From positions 1 to 64,000 of the forward strand of contig NIVC01000396.1 of assembly GCA_002269645.1 (NCBI GenBank): a DNA stretch of 64,000 bases. The letters run 5' to 3'. The position numbers and the translations under genes were made by a program. Below the pieces are notes generated by a model, which worked only from the letters and a program-made list of their open reading frames with translations, did not search any database and was not told the DNA's origin. The stretch is from Macrostomum lignano (taxonomy: Eukaryota). Shown piece after piece: positions 1 through 13,638 of the stretch (its first letter is position 1; each line of letters starts with the position of its first letter).

Positions 1-541
1 GACCGTGGGCAGTGTGGGGTGGAACATCGGGGGACGCTTGGATGCCCGAGAGAGACAGCGCTGCAATTTTCCTAGCCAAATGTACATTGTGCGATGTACA
101 CTGCAAAACAGTGGCGTGAGGTGGGTGTTTGGTGAGGGGGCGAGAAAGGCTTGTCAATGTACATCCACTAGATGGGTTAGAGGATAGTCAGTGAAAAAGG
201 CTCTTTGGACGTCTTTGAATATCTGAATGTTCAATACGAGCGTAGAGACAGGCAATGTGGCAAAGCCTAAGCCAAATGTACCTGTAGATTGTTTGATGTA
301 CATTGAACAACTTAAGAGTGAGTTGGGTGCTGGTCAGTGATTATGAAGGCTAGTCAATGTACATCCATTTAGTCCAATCACTGACCGAGGAAAATAGGGG
401 TTGACAGCGGTAAGGGAGGTCAAGCGCGGGAGTGAGATTGGGCCACCAATAGCAATCATTTTAAACGACGCGCCTTAGGGGGACCGGCAACAAACACGCC
501 TCCGTCTCTTCAGCCTCAAACTGCGTGCTCAGCTCCGTTGT

Positions 542-777
542 TCATGTTGTGCCGCGCCCTCCTGGCCGCCACATCGGAGCTTCGCCGTCTCTGACGGCCG
601 CCAGTTGAGGCGATACTCTTCCGGTTGCCTGCCAGCCGTACTGCTCAGCGAACTGCTCAGCTCGCAACCGGTCGTTGATTGACTTGCAATGGCAGAGCAA
701 GATGTGCTTGAACGGCGTCCGAAAGTCCCGATTGAACTTGGCGTAGATGATAGGGTTCATGAAGGAATTCACGTAGC
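542..777 (-). CDS. HTR7: 5-HT7-like receptor, coding exon 3 (TM7, helix 8, C-tail)
   Basis: Acceptor cccgcag|GC TAC at 777 (phase 1). Encodes GYVNSFMNPIIYAKFNRDFRTPFKHILLCHC with the NPxxY motif; stop TGA at 544-542. Confidence 0.9.
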
Positions 778-3503
778 CTGCGGGATTCGAGGGCGGATTT
801 GTTGATTCTAGTTTTACAGTCGGCAGTATGAAAATTCTGTAGGCCAATTAAAGTACCGAGTATTCTATTTTCCTTCCTCTGACATTGGGCCTCCAGCATT
901 TTAGCTTTTAATTCTCGTCACAGAATGCTAGATTTTCAAACCAGCTTTCTCCTCCTCCATCAGGTCCAGTGCAAATTTTAGCAACCTCAGCTCTCTCTTC
1001 TCTCCTCGCCATCGCGACCTGACGGGTGGCACAAATCCTGGCTAAGGAAGCTGGAACGCGTGTTTCTGCATGACCTGTCCCGGCGGCACAGCTTGGCCTC
1101 CCCTATCTCTTCCGCTCCCGCTGCTAGGCTCCTACTTAGTAAGACTTCTATTATATATGTGTATACTCCTTACTTCGCCCGCGCTGAAAGGAGCTCCGCC
1201 ATTGCACGGAGCACAAGGAGGGAAGGCTGAAGGGAAGTTAAGGCTTTTGCGCCCCATCCGTCCTATTCTGTCCGTCTTCCAGCGCCCCGATATTCCCGTT
1301 CGCCCTGTCCCGCTTCCACTTCATCTTCTCCACCGTCTCCGGGCACCCTCGGGCGGCTCCCGCCTTAGCGGCTGCCGACGGGCCAAAGAGGGGCGGCGGC
1401 GGCTTCATTAACTTTGTGAGAGGCCCCCGTTCTGACTCTGCCCATCTCCCCTTCTCATCCCATCCCCCTTTCAATTCCCTCAATTCTTGCCCTCTTCTCT
1501 GTCATCTTGCCCCCCCCTCCCCCAGACTCCCGCCCTCTTTTCCTTTCTCCCTCCTTAGCTTTTGGGCCTTTCTCCTCCCAGTTGCAGGCTCGATCGCTTA
1601 CCTCCAGCGCGCACACATTCTGTGCGTTCCTCAGCAGCTTCGCCATTCCCCTCCAATTCTATAGCCGCTCCCAGGGTCTGCCGCCTTCCTCCAGTTGAAT
1701 TAATAAGTGATTGATTATATCCCAGGCTGGCTGACTCCCTTCTGCTATACTCATAGCTGCTGCTGCTACCGCGAGAAAAAAAGTGAAGAAATGCGACCGA
1801 GCTTCATCTCAAAATAGATCTCAAAGTAGCGCAACAGCCATTGAAAATCTTCTCAGGATGAGGACAAGTCCGAATTCCTAGTATTAGCTACCCCCCACCC
1901 CCCTAATCCACGACTTTTTCCCAAGACAGGTTCCTAGAAAGGTTTAGGACAGGAAGGGGTTTAAGTCGAAGGCCTGCCAACTGCCCCCTCTCGCTGGCGC
2001 GCCCGCCGGCAGATAGCGAAAGCAATTTCCGAAGCAGCTCGCTTCCTTTCTCCGGGGCCGATTTCTCGGGGCGTCACGGGGAGGAGAGGTGAGGGAGCAA
2101 AACGCTGCCTTCCTCCAGCCCAATATAGCTTAGCCAATTGCCCCGATCCCCAAATCTATACCCCCTGCCTCTTCCAAACCCATTTTGAGAGAGAAAGAGG
2201 CTGAGAGGGAGGCCGGGACGCCGGGCAGGAAAAGTAAAAGAAGTAAAAACTCTCCTCCAAGTTCCCGTCTCGAAAGATCGCCAACAACAAGGAGACAAGC
2301 AAGGAGAGCCGCGAGGGGATTTAGGCCGGGGGTTTGGGGGAGGGACTGGATGGGATTTGGGCGGGCTGCGGGGAAGGCCAGCTCTGGAAGCTTCCACGGG
2401 AGCGGGGGAGTCGGAGACAGGCGAGGCAGGGCAAGCAAAAGGGCCAAAAGAGAGCAATGGAGCGATGGCGGAGAGTGGGAGGCTGCTGTCTGGGAAGGAA
2501 GAGATAGGCGAGAGGCAGCCGGAGAGCTGCCGGGATGGCATGGCGATTTAGAAGTTTCTGGGGTCTCGGCACTCCCGCCCCCTCCCACACACGGCTCGTA
2601 CTCTCTTCCCATCAATACCGGCTCGCATCCCGGAGCTTCTCCCGTCTCCAGGCATCTCCCAATCCTTCCATTTTTTCTGCATCTTGCTGCCTCTCTTCAT
2701 TTCTTGCTCCCTCATCTGCTTCCTTCCTTTCCTGCTCCGCTTCCACTCTGCTTAAGCTGGCCCTGCCTGCCTCTCCCAACTTTTTGCCGTTGCCCCTCTC
2801 TGGAGCGGCATCGCTCGGATCAACTTTAATGGCTGGCTGATTCGTTTGGGACCCCGCGCAGTTGCGCTGCACAGCCGCCCGCTTCTCTCTATTTGAGCTG
2901 TCCTCATCTCCTAAATCTGATTTTCCAGCTTCTTCTTTCTCCTAATCATCGGCATCATCGTATGATGAAGCCTGCCGCCGGAGTGGAGTCTGCGCAGCCC
3001 AGGGATTTATCTCATTAAAGCGGCTTATATCTTATTCAGGATTTCTTTATATAATATCGAATGCATGGCGAAGCCGGACTTACTCGCTACTATGGGAGAA
3101 AGGTGACGCTCCCCAGCGTATGGGATCCCTCCGTGTGCATGGGGGATAAAAGTAGCTATTTGGTTGAGAAGTATTGAAGCATTGTAGATGGAGTTGGTTC
3201 GAGTTTTGCAGTGAGCTTACACCCACGCGTCCTCTGGTGGCGGAGCTGCCTGCAACCTCGGGGAAATGGGATAATTCCTGTCTGAGCCTGCGGCAAATTT
3301 TCTTTTGGGCGCGTAGAAATGCAGGCGGGGTGGGGGATTTTGGACCGATGGGAATTCCAGAGAGACACGCCGGGGAAAAGTGGAGCACCGTCGGATTTAC
3401 GAAAGCTGCTCCGGACTAACAGACCAACTGAGGATGAGGGAGGCAAATTCAAAAAGATTAATCTGGGATTAAAAGTTGCATCTGATGGAGCGGAATTCTG
3501 GAT

Positions 3504-3696
<193 letters not shown>

Positions 3697-3861
3697 TAGC
3701 CTTAGCCTTCGGCGTCACGAAGTCTACATGTGGCCAGAGCTTGGTGACTGGCACCGATAAATTCGAGCTACAAACCTGGAGTCCAGCATTTCAAGTCGTT
3801 ATCTATACAGACAGGGACGACTCCACATTTTCGCCCCAGACAATCAGAAAAATTGACTCAC

Positions 3862-3943
3862 CAAGCCACAGGAAAAACTCGAACACGTTCGGATTCATGT
3901 CGAGTTTCTCGCCCTGTACAACATTGTAGATCGGCACTACGAT
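3862..3943 (-). CDS. HTR7: 5-HT7-like receptor, coding exon 2 (ECL3 to start of TM7)
   Basis: Not in the ORF track. Acceptor ttgcag|ATC at 3943 and donor CTTG|GTGAGT at 3862. Its 82 nt encode IVVPIYNVVQGEKLDMNPNVFEFFLWL(G), bridging phase 0 to phase 1 as exons 1 and 3 require. Confidence 0.88.
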
Positions 3944-4811
3944 CTGCAATTAGCAATTTGTGAAGCAAACATTGTCAGTCGGCATGCCTGAGTCCCGACA
4001 CCCAGCCCCAGCTCAAAGTTTACCTGAGGAGGATCACCCTGACCCAATTGTAACACTGTACTCCAGAAACAGTTTAGAGGAGACGACACGAGAATTCATT
4101 TTGGAGATTCGGGACTCACATTTTCAAAGAGCAGTGGGAAAGCGAGAAAGAGTGAGGGTGGAAGCGGGAGCAGAATCAATGCTTTCTGGGTTGCCCGAGT
4201 CCCCCTAGCTAATGTAACTGGACGGCAATACGAAAAACCGTCCGCATTTCCGCAGCAATTCTGTTGTGCTCCTGGCTTCCCCGCGTTAGAGGATTTCTAC
4301 CTTGGCCTTATTTAGTTAGAGCAGACTGGGGTTGAGCGGCATTGGCAACTACCCAGGCACCTCCACCCTCTTGCACCGGCAAATGTTTACCCATGGTGTT
4401 TGGACCAAAAAATGCGTTTTTTGCTTTTTAACGTTTTTCGACCCTGGAACTGCCTGTCTGGGGGGGGGGGGGGGTTCGGGCGGGGCTGTGGGTTGGTTCG
4501 GACCGGCATTCTGTCTAATTGTTTGATAGCAGCCCCAGCCCCCTTGTGGTGCAAACTGGTCGTCTGTTTGCTGCGGCTGGACCTGCGCCACTCCAAATGA
4601 TAACATTGGGACATTGTGGCCAGATTTGCTGCAACATGAAATTGGGGAATATCGAGATTGCATGCCAATGGAAACTGACAGAGAGAATTAGAGGGGTGAG
4701 AAGTTAGGATGAGAAGAAATGGAGAGGACATGAGAGGACAAAAAATGACATTAAAGGAAAGGTGAATAGAAGTGAAGAAAGGAAAAATAGAGGAGAAGAA
4801 GGAGAGGCAGA

Positions 4812-4885
4812 GCAGAGAGGAGAGGAGAGGAGAGGAGAGGAGAGGAGAGGAGAGGAGAGGAGAGGAGAGGAGAGGAGAGGAGAGG
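4812..4885. repeat. (GGAGA)n microsatellite in GPCR intron 1
   Basis: About 14 pentanucleotide units. Confidence 0.95.
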
Positions 4886-7739
4886 ATCCAGCCTGATCAG
4901 CACGCTGTCAGGCTCGCAGCGGCTGTGATTAGCCATGGGCCATGGGAGATTTCTCCACTGCTCGGCAAACCGCGGGACAGAAGCATTTCTTACGGCCAGC
5001 TTTCCTCCTTGGCGCCAGCTCTTCTCCTTCAGCCGGAGGGGGAGTATTGGGAGATTATTCCCCTCCCGTCAGTCCTCTCTGGACGGGAGCCCCAAGGAGG
5101 ATTACAAGAGGCTCGGAGGTAGAGTCTATTCGCAGTTTTTTTGCCCCCCCCCCGCAGCGGTGCGGGGATTTGGCGAGTATAGAAGAGAGTGGATAGGCAT
5201 TTTTTAACAATTCTCTCCCTCTCTGTTCCAGCGCGCAGAGGCTGTTGCCACTATCTGGCTTTGCCGCTGTTTGAGCACGGGAGCTAAAGGAGAGACGGGG
5301 GGCCGGCCTGAGCACCGCAAGGGCCAGCGGGCCATGGCGTACAGAACCGGGAGGTTGGCCGTTCCTAGATTGCTGCTCAGGCCTGCAGCTGAGGTAGGGG
5401 GGGGGCAGGCGGAATGCCTTCGGTGCACTGCCGGCGCCACGCCTAACCGTATCGGAATGCATGCGAAGCTGGTCAAGGTGAGCCAGTGTTTTAGTCCGAG
5501 CTGACTCGGACGCGGCCAGGTTGTAAGAGGGCCCAGCCGGTGGCCTTTGACTGTCGCGAGAATCCTTCGCGAAGAATGCGGGCTTTCGGGCTGGGGCTTC
5601 TTCCGCTTCCCCGGTCAATGGAGCGTGAAAACTGCTGCACGGCTTGGCGGGGAGATCGGGACAGCCCGAAGCAGGGCAGCGAATGAAAGCGAGAAGGAGC
5701 TGGGAAAATCGTGGGCCGGATTTATCCAAATGTCCTTCTTTACTTCCCTTTATCCCCTGCCTGCTAGGAGCCGCTGGGGGGTCAGCGGAAGGGGAGATGG
5801 GAACGCACAAGTTTAAGCCAAAATCTTCCCAAACCACCCTTGCTTTTGCACTTTCTGTTTACCTTCGTGAGAGAGTTCTTCAACAGTAACAGCAAAGGAG
5901 TCCGGGGCGGGGGAGAGAGAGGGGGGAGGATAGGTCTATTGTTGACAGTGTCTTCCACAGTCCCGCCTGTCTCCCAGCTGTGTCTCCCGATTGTCTTACT
6001 TGTTGAAATAGCAAAACTCTCCAACCCAAAACCATCCAGTTTTGGAAAGCTGATGCTGCTAATACTAACTCAGAACCAGTCAGTCTGCAGACTTTGCCGG
6101 GTCAGTGAAGCGAGCGCCATCTGGAACTCATCCGCTTGGGTCATAAGTGCCCGGCACTCCTCCTGGCTCTCTATTTCGCATTGTTGTACTGCAGTGCGCA
6201 GCCTAGAAGAGGATTCTGCTTCCCTAGCTGAAAGCTGCACTTCATCTTCGATACTGCGATATGGAGAGACGGGGAGACGGGAGCGGGCGCCATCTCACGC
6301 TTGAGCGGTCGTAAATAGCCCCCGAGTCCTTGACACTGCACTGGGGTGCAGCTCACCTTCCCCATCGTGACAGGGGGAGTCTGCTGAGCCTCCGTCCGCC
6401 TCTCTCCCCGCTTTTCTTTCTCCCCCACTCTCCGCTCCACTCTGTTAGCTCAGCTGCAGCTCCCGGCGCTGCAAGCGAGAATAAGTGCATCATGATTGCT
6501 AGCAGGGTTGGTTTTATTTTTAAGACAGGGTAAAAGCAGGTCGCTTTCTTTCGGATACCTTCGACTGAGACGGGGTCGAGAGGCCTTTCTCTTTCTCAGC
6601 CTTTTCTCGGGCTATTCTCAACATGAACTTATCAGACTGGGCAGAAAGTGTAGCACTTGTGAGGATCGTCTCATCACCCCCCCCCTTTCTCGACCAGTCC
6701 TCGAGACGGCTCCTCATGAGCGCCAAAATCTATCGGAGGGTGAGCAATCCGCTCCTAGCATCTGCTTCCAGCGCCCCCTGCTGCTTCTGTTTACACTCGA
6801 CGGTTCGGCGCGGCACTTGCGGCACCACCTCTCTATTTCTCTCTTTCTAGCAATTTTTGCTTCTTCCGGGAGAAGAAGAGGCTATAGGGAGGCGCGAATT
6901 GGAAGACGGGCAGGGAGCAGACAAGCAGCTTTGGCGGGTCCTCAACAGCGCCTTGCCATCTCATCTCATGCTTCATGAGCAAGTGACTACACACTGAGTG
7001 ACTGCCTGTCCCCTCATTCTCACAACTGCCTCCCATCTTCCCATTTCCATCGCCTTCCATCCATCTAGTTCACCCACCTCCCCCACCCCAAAGCTCATGG
7101 GATTCCGAGGGGTGGCGGGCGGAGAGACAGAGGAGGCGCCCTCGCCCTTGCTCGCGCTAATTATGCCAAGGCGGCAGGCACGCAAAACTTGAGCCAGCTC
7201 GCCGCTCAGCCTCTCTCGTCTCTCTCTCTCTCTTCTTCCTTCTGTCGCGGGGCTCTCAGCCGTGCATTCGGCAGTCCAGCTGGCCGCCAGCTACCGTGGA
7301 CAGCAGATGAAGGCCTCGCCAATACCGTCTAAGTCAAGAGCAGGGAGAGAGAGGGCCAGAGAGCTTCGACCAATTTGTAGTGCGGACAGGGTCAGGCACG
7401 GTGCAGAATATCTCCCCCGGGCGTCAGAAAAGGGATCTCCACGGTCTCTTGGGCCTGAGCTGAGCCCTGGTCAAGAATCTCAATCCTCAGTCCAGCAGGG
7501 GTATACTATTCGCTGAACTTTCCCAGCTTTCGTTCTGCTTTAATAAAATTCAATCTCATATCACGTGACCGCTGCGGCACGCTCAACTGTGGGGAGGAGT
7601 TCGGCTGTGCACTTTATTGAATATGCATAGATCGGCGAAATCCAATTCTTCTGAGTTGAATGCTTTCTCTTCATCTTATTGTGAATTGAATCAAGCTATC
7701 GTACTCAAAATTTATTCAAAATTACCCCGAAAGTCTCAC

Positions 7740-8885
7740 CTGAATGATGAAGAACGGCAGCCAGCACAGCGTGAAACAGCCCATGATGACGCCCAGCGTC
7801 TTGATGGCCTTCGAATCGCTGTTGTTCTTTTTGCGCGAGGCCGGCTGCCGCACTGACCGCTTCGGCAGGTCCGAGGCGGAGCTCTGCATGGAGGGCCGCG
7901 CAGTCTGACCGTTCGGCAGCTGCTCGTCGATGAGGTTCTTGTCCTCCTGCTTGATGTGCACCACCTTCTGCTTCTCGTCGGCTTTGGCCATCTTCCTGGC
8001 CAGCTTGAAGATGTTGCCGTACAGCACCAGCATGATGATGAGCGGCAGGTAGAAGGCCCCGAAGGTAGCGTAGATCTGGTAGCCAAGCAGCTCCGGATAG
8101 CCGCAGTAGCCCGGGACGAACTGCTCCTTCCAGCCGAACATCGGCGGGATGCTGATGAAGGCGCTCAGCAGCCACACGGCGGCGATCATGAGGCCCATGC
8201 GAGTTGGCGTGCGCTTCACCGCGTACTCGAACGGCTTCGTGATGACCAGGTAGCGATCGATGGAGATGGCGCAGAGGTTCAGAATGCTGCTTGAGCACAG
8301 CAGCACGTCGCACGAGATGAAGAAATCGCAGACAACTTCACCGAACGGAAAGTAGCCCAGCAGCTGCGTCATGATGGCGATGGGCAGGACGAGAACGCTG
8401 ACGAGCAGATCGCTGCTGGCCAGGCTGACAATCAGCAGGTTCGACGGGTTCTGCAGCTTCTTCACCAGCCCGACCGCCATGATGACCAGCACGTTGCCGA
8501 AGCAGGTACCGCTGGCCAGGATGGAGAGAAACAGGCCGATGAACACCTTGGCTGGGATGTCGTAGCGACTTGACAGCAACGGCTTGCAATCGTCGCTCAT
8601 GTTGTGGAGGGTGAACACAGAGATGTTCTTCATTCGAAACAAATTCAGCTGGTCTTCACAGTTTAAATTCGCTGACAGCGCTGTTGTAGCTGTTGTGGTC
8701 GCGTTCACCGCTGCCGCCATGGCTGCCATCGCACCTGCTGTCGAAGTCGAAGATACCGCCAACGCCGCCCTGGCCGCGGCCGCGCGGGTGACGGAAGACT
8801 CTGAAGCAGTCGCCGCTGCCGACAGAGCAGTCTGGCCGATGCTGGAGGCCGCCGAGGCGGCGAATTTCATAGCCGAACTGCTCAT
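7740..8885 (-). CDS. HTR7: 5-HT7-like serotonin receptor (class A aminergic GPCR), coding exon 1 (TM1-TM6)
   Basis: ORF 7722-9044 contains GNVLV (TM1), SLASSDLLV (TM2), CDVLLCSSSILNLCAISIDRY (TM3, with aminergic Asp and DRY), YQIYATFGAFYLP (TM5) and KAIKTLGVIMGCFTLCWLPFF (TM6). First ATG is at 8885 (MSSSAMKF; alternative Met at 8870). Donor CAG|GTGAGA at 7740/7739, phase 0. The 5-HT7 subtype is assigned from motif recall, not phylogeny. Confidence 0.9.
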
Positions 8886-11800
8886 ATTTTTGGAACTTCG
8901 ATGGGTGCTATTGTTTGCGCAGTGTTGCTCGGCTGTAGTCTGGAGCAGCCCGCAGTGGTGGAAAAGGTAAGCAAGCGGGAGACCGAGAAAAAAACGTTTC
9001 GTGTGAGGGGGGGTTGGTTGCTTGAAACAGTTGGCAACCCACAAAGCCTGAGGAGCTCCGCTCTTCTTTCTGTCCTTTTCTTGAAGAAACTCTTCTCACT
9101 CACTAGAGCTCTTTCTCTCCCTCTCGGTGCCGAGCTGTTGCGCTGCTTCGCTCAGTTTCTTTTCGTTTTTTTCCAAAACAGCGGGCCAGCAACGGAGGCG
9201 GCTGGAGAGTGTGATGAGATGAGGCTTGAGCGGTGTCTGGCGGCTTGAGGAGATGGAATGCGCTCGGGGGTCCCGGGGGCGATGCCAGGTGAGATGCCTG
9301 CAAGCTTGACGCCCCCCTTAGCGTAGCGGGCCGAGCTTCTACCGGCTGCTCGAGGTGGCGCAGTCTTGAGTCGGCAACTGTAGCTCTGGGGGTGGCTGAG
9401 GGGTCTCTGGAGGCTGGCGCTTCGTTAACTCTGGCTGGCTCGAGACTCTATTGTCATTCAAGCCCGCCTCGCTCGCAACTCGGACTGGCACTGTAAGGGC
9501 ACCGCAGCAGTGAGAAGCATTGGCAAGGCTAGCGGCAACATTGCCAAATCTGACTGCTACAGAGCTACTTTTCTGAGAGCGTATGAATAGAAACACAATG
9601 CCCTGCCGCCCCCCCCCCTCCGGCCGCAACCCCTCCTCCGCATCGAACTCTCCGCCAATCTCCGCCTTCACTCTTTTCCCTCTCCATACTCTCTCTCTCT
9701 CCCTCTCTCTCCCTCGCTATCTCTATCTCCTTTCTCTCTATCCAGTTCAGCTCTTGGGTCCATCGGGTGTCGCCGCCTCTCCCTCGCCTCCGGCTTCCTA
9801 GACGGCACCCTCTCTCAGTCTGCCCCTCCGCGGAGCGCCAACCACAAGCTGTGACAGGACGGGGTTGGCGGGCATGCCGGAGGGTGGAGGGTGAGGAGGC
9901 CTTCCCTCCCAGCAGGGCAGCGGGAGCCAGGCACCCTCAACCTCCCGCTGTTCTCCTGGGTCTTGCGACGACGGATTCATAGCTTGGGGGACGAGCACCG
10001 CTAAGGCAAGGCGATGGCGGGCCAGCTCTGCAGATTGGCAAGTGAAGAAAATGTATGGGGCTTACAAATACGCCGTGAGACTCATTGAGCCGGGGCCCGC
10101 TGAGCGGAGAGGCTGACAGTAAGAAGAGACGCGCCGGTGCAGTTGCAGCAGGCGCAAAGAATGCCCGGCTAACTGTATCGCCTTGGGCCCGTGAGTGACT
10201 GTGAGCAGCGCACAAAAGAAATTGTTTTTATTTGGAAAGAGAGATGATGAATGATGGAAAACTTATTTAAAGACGAACGGAAAAAGAAAATATTTGCTGT
10301 GGTCTGTGGCTTGCTGACTAAGAAATTGGATAGAGAAGCAGTCTGAGCTTTTCCTATCGCCCCTAGCGACACCGCATTGGAGACAGGGGATAGTCTCGCA
10401 GTTTTTCTCTAATGTCTACTTAGCTAGAAAAAAAATCTTGCTGTGAAAACTGCTCAGCTTCCCCGTGTCTTAAGCGCACTTTAGGGAGGCTGAGAGCTAC
10501 CTGAGCAGCGGCTAGGGATCAGTATCTTCGTGGGAGGGGGGGGCGTTATAATTAGCTACCGTGATAAGGACGCAGGCGTAAAACTTATTTTCTATAAGTT
10601 TCCTTACGTCCTCAGCTCTGTTTTCTTTCCTTAAACGCCTGGGAAAAATGTCTGAATGGCTGACGGACACAAACGTCATGGAGTAGGTGTGAATTGAATT
10701 AAATTGGATTCTATATAAGCCAGTACTTGAGCGATATCTTTTTATTCATTGGCCTCAACAGCTTGCTGAAAGCTGTGAGAAAAAAATGCCAATCACATTC
10801 TAAGTAACTACTAATTAGTTTCGAATAACCGACTGAAAAATGTTGGCATCATTCGATTATTCTACAAATAAGTACAAAACCAATAACAAGCTGTCAATTA
10901 AAATGCACTCTTGGTTAGATGCATGTATATTATATATTTGTTTGAGATTGAAATCTAGATTTATTTATTTATTTATTTATTCGACGAAATTGATAAATAT
11001 AAAAATATTCGTATTTATAGAAGTGTATTAAAATGACCTCAGAACAACCGATAAACAAGCAACATCTAATTAAATTCTGTTTCGAATTTAGGTTGTACTT
11101 GATTTTAAGTCAAGTGATATAACAATGATTGCTAAATAAATTAAATAGCGTTTTTTATTGACATTCGGTGAAGTTGTGGGTAGATATCACGGGAGTCGAG
11201 AGGCTCCAACCGGAAATGGGAGTTGGAATTTGCCTGAAACTATATATCCTTAAATGATCGCGATTTTCTCTTTTATGTGTCCAGCAATATTTCAAGTGGG
11301 AAAGCGTAAAGATACATATGCTCACGTATATATGTAGTACACCCATTTAGCAAAAACATAGCAAATAGCTCGTAAATATGCATGCGTAAACGAATACAGT
11401 CGAAGATATATTTTATACTTTGAATGAAACCTTGAAAGCACGAGTCAGCTCTGTTGTGCCGCTAGAACGACTTAAGTAGAAAGGACGGGGAACTTCGTTT
11501 CTTAAGAAAAAATCTTTGGCTTTGTTTGGATAACCAAATCTTTGGATATGCAGATTGTTGTAGATGACATGAATTTTCCGTTTCCGTCACAAAAAAGTGA
11601 CTATTTTTTATTAAAAGAGCTCTAAATGCTCATCTTTTCGCATATGATGCCTGATTTATTGCGCTAAAGATTTCTGTAAAATACGACACAAATAAAAAAT
11701 TTAACGCTTTTAACGATTCTAAAAATTCAACCAATACTTTCGGCTACAATTGATGAGATCCTATTTCCTTAGTGTAATTTTCGCACAAGAAATTGTCAAA

Positions 11801-12700
11801 CAAACAGTTTCCCGTTCTACTACTCCGGGGTTATTAATTTTTAGCATGGCAAAAGTAAATCCGTGCCCTGATTTCTCAAACGATGTGTGATTATTGAAGA
11901 CGAAAAGCATCTTGAGCAAAATTAATTCATTCAGTAGGAACAGTAAATTTAAATAAACTTTATATATTTTTTCGTGTACTTCTTTGCTTTAAAAGAACTT
12001 GTTTTCCTTTGTTTTCTTTATTTAAAAATGTGAATTTCGTCTTTAAGTTGCTCTTTGGTCGATAATTTTGTAAGATATTATGTTTGCTTTCTTATAAATA
12101 TAGTTTTATGACTAATGAACAAGTTTGATATTTCTTAGAAATAATAGTTATGAATTGTGTTCAAGAGCGAATTTTTATTTGTCAACAATGTCCACGACGT
12201 AAATTCACGTAATCGCAGAACGAGAGTCGGGAATATAGATTGAAATGGATTGTTATAGATTGATGGTATTTATGTAACTAAAACTGGATAAATTGGCATT
12301 AAATTTATAAAATATAAATAGAAGATATGTTTATTAATTATACAGATACTGCAAACTATTTATTTATAAATTGTTTTGACCATGTTATCTAAGGCTATAC
12401 TAGGAAATCTTGTTTTCTGGTCTAAATTATTTTTTGTATATATTACTTACAATATAATATAAATCTCTTGCATTACAATATAGCTAAAAATTATGCCTAT
12501 GGCTTTATAAAATATAATACCTTTTAAACTTTGTCTGACATAGAATATTCCAACCATTATTCTAACTCATATTTGTAATCTGGGTTTTTTGGGCCATATG
12601 GGGTTTTTTGGCCCCTTGAAAATCTTATTGCCAATCTGGACAGTTCATTTTCTCCATGCCAGTTACCAATTTAAAAAATGATTTTGTAAGTAAATTAAAA

Positions 12701-13157
12701 GGCATAACTATAGTTTCGTTCGTTATATTATTTCTTGTTTCAAATTTGTTCTAGTGCACGAAGAAATGGCTGGACAACCACTGGCTCCTACGACAATCAT
12801 TCCGGTAGGCGATTTGCATCCGCCTGCAGAGCTATGCCAACTGGACCTCACAATGAGGGACCTGGCAGCCGTGACAACTGATACGCTGGTTGCTGGCTAC
12901 TATTCATTGGTTGACCACCTACACTACAGGCTGCTTGCCAATGAACGGCAGTGTGGATGCCAGCCAGGTGCTCAAATGCGTCTGCAATGCCAAGAAGGTG
13001 CCTGCAAAGACTATCATACCCAAGTTTATAAGGAAGGGGTCTTTTTTTGCCGACCAGAATGATTGTCGTAAGAGCCGGTGGTCATCTAGCATTTCTTCGT
13101 GCGCTGGAACAAATTTGAAACAAGAAATAATATAACAAACGGAACCATAGTTATGCC
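12701..13157. mobile_element. Non-autonomous foldback/MITE-like element with about 100-bp terminal inverted repeats
   Basis: GGCATAACTATAGTTTCGTT...GACAATCATTC (12701 to about 12802) is the reverse complement, with transitions, of about 13057-13157. TTAA lies 2 nt outside each arm (12695-12698, 13160-13163). More diverged inverted similarity extends to about 12490 and 13320. Confidence 0.7.
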
Positions 13158-13638
13158 CATTAAAACAATGGGCAACCAAAAATAGCCATTGGCAACTGGA
13201 TTATGAGTTTGAGCCCCAAGGGCTAGCTGGCAATTAGATTTCCAACCTTAAAAGAACCCAGCTTGTAATGTGGTTAAATTAAAAAGTTTAAAAGGTAACA
13301 TAATAATTTTTTATACTTGATGACTTGCCTTAATTAGTAATTAATTACATTTGCACATCAATTGCTTAGCTATAGCCTGCAGCTATTGTAAAGTACATCT
13401 AAAGGCTACATAGGCCATAGTTTAGAAAGTGATATATATGCCAAGATTTTGATAGTCACTGGTCAAATCATCATATTCCATTTTGTCATATTGGATGACA
13501 AAGTGACCAGAAGCAAAATAGCTTTGAAAAATAATATGATAAAGTGACCAAATATTTAGTTATGCTAAATATGCTAGATTATTTATGCTCTATTTATGTA
13601 CAAGAATACTTACCATTTTTTAAACATTCAATAGTGTA

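Noticed and set aside
1070-3450. Many overlapping 60-214 aa ORFs in GPCR intron 2 (similarly 4000-7500 and 9000-10400)
   Set aside because: Low-complexity purine/pyrimidine-skewed sequence with no recognisable domain or coherent splice pattern.
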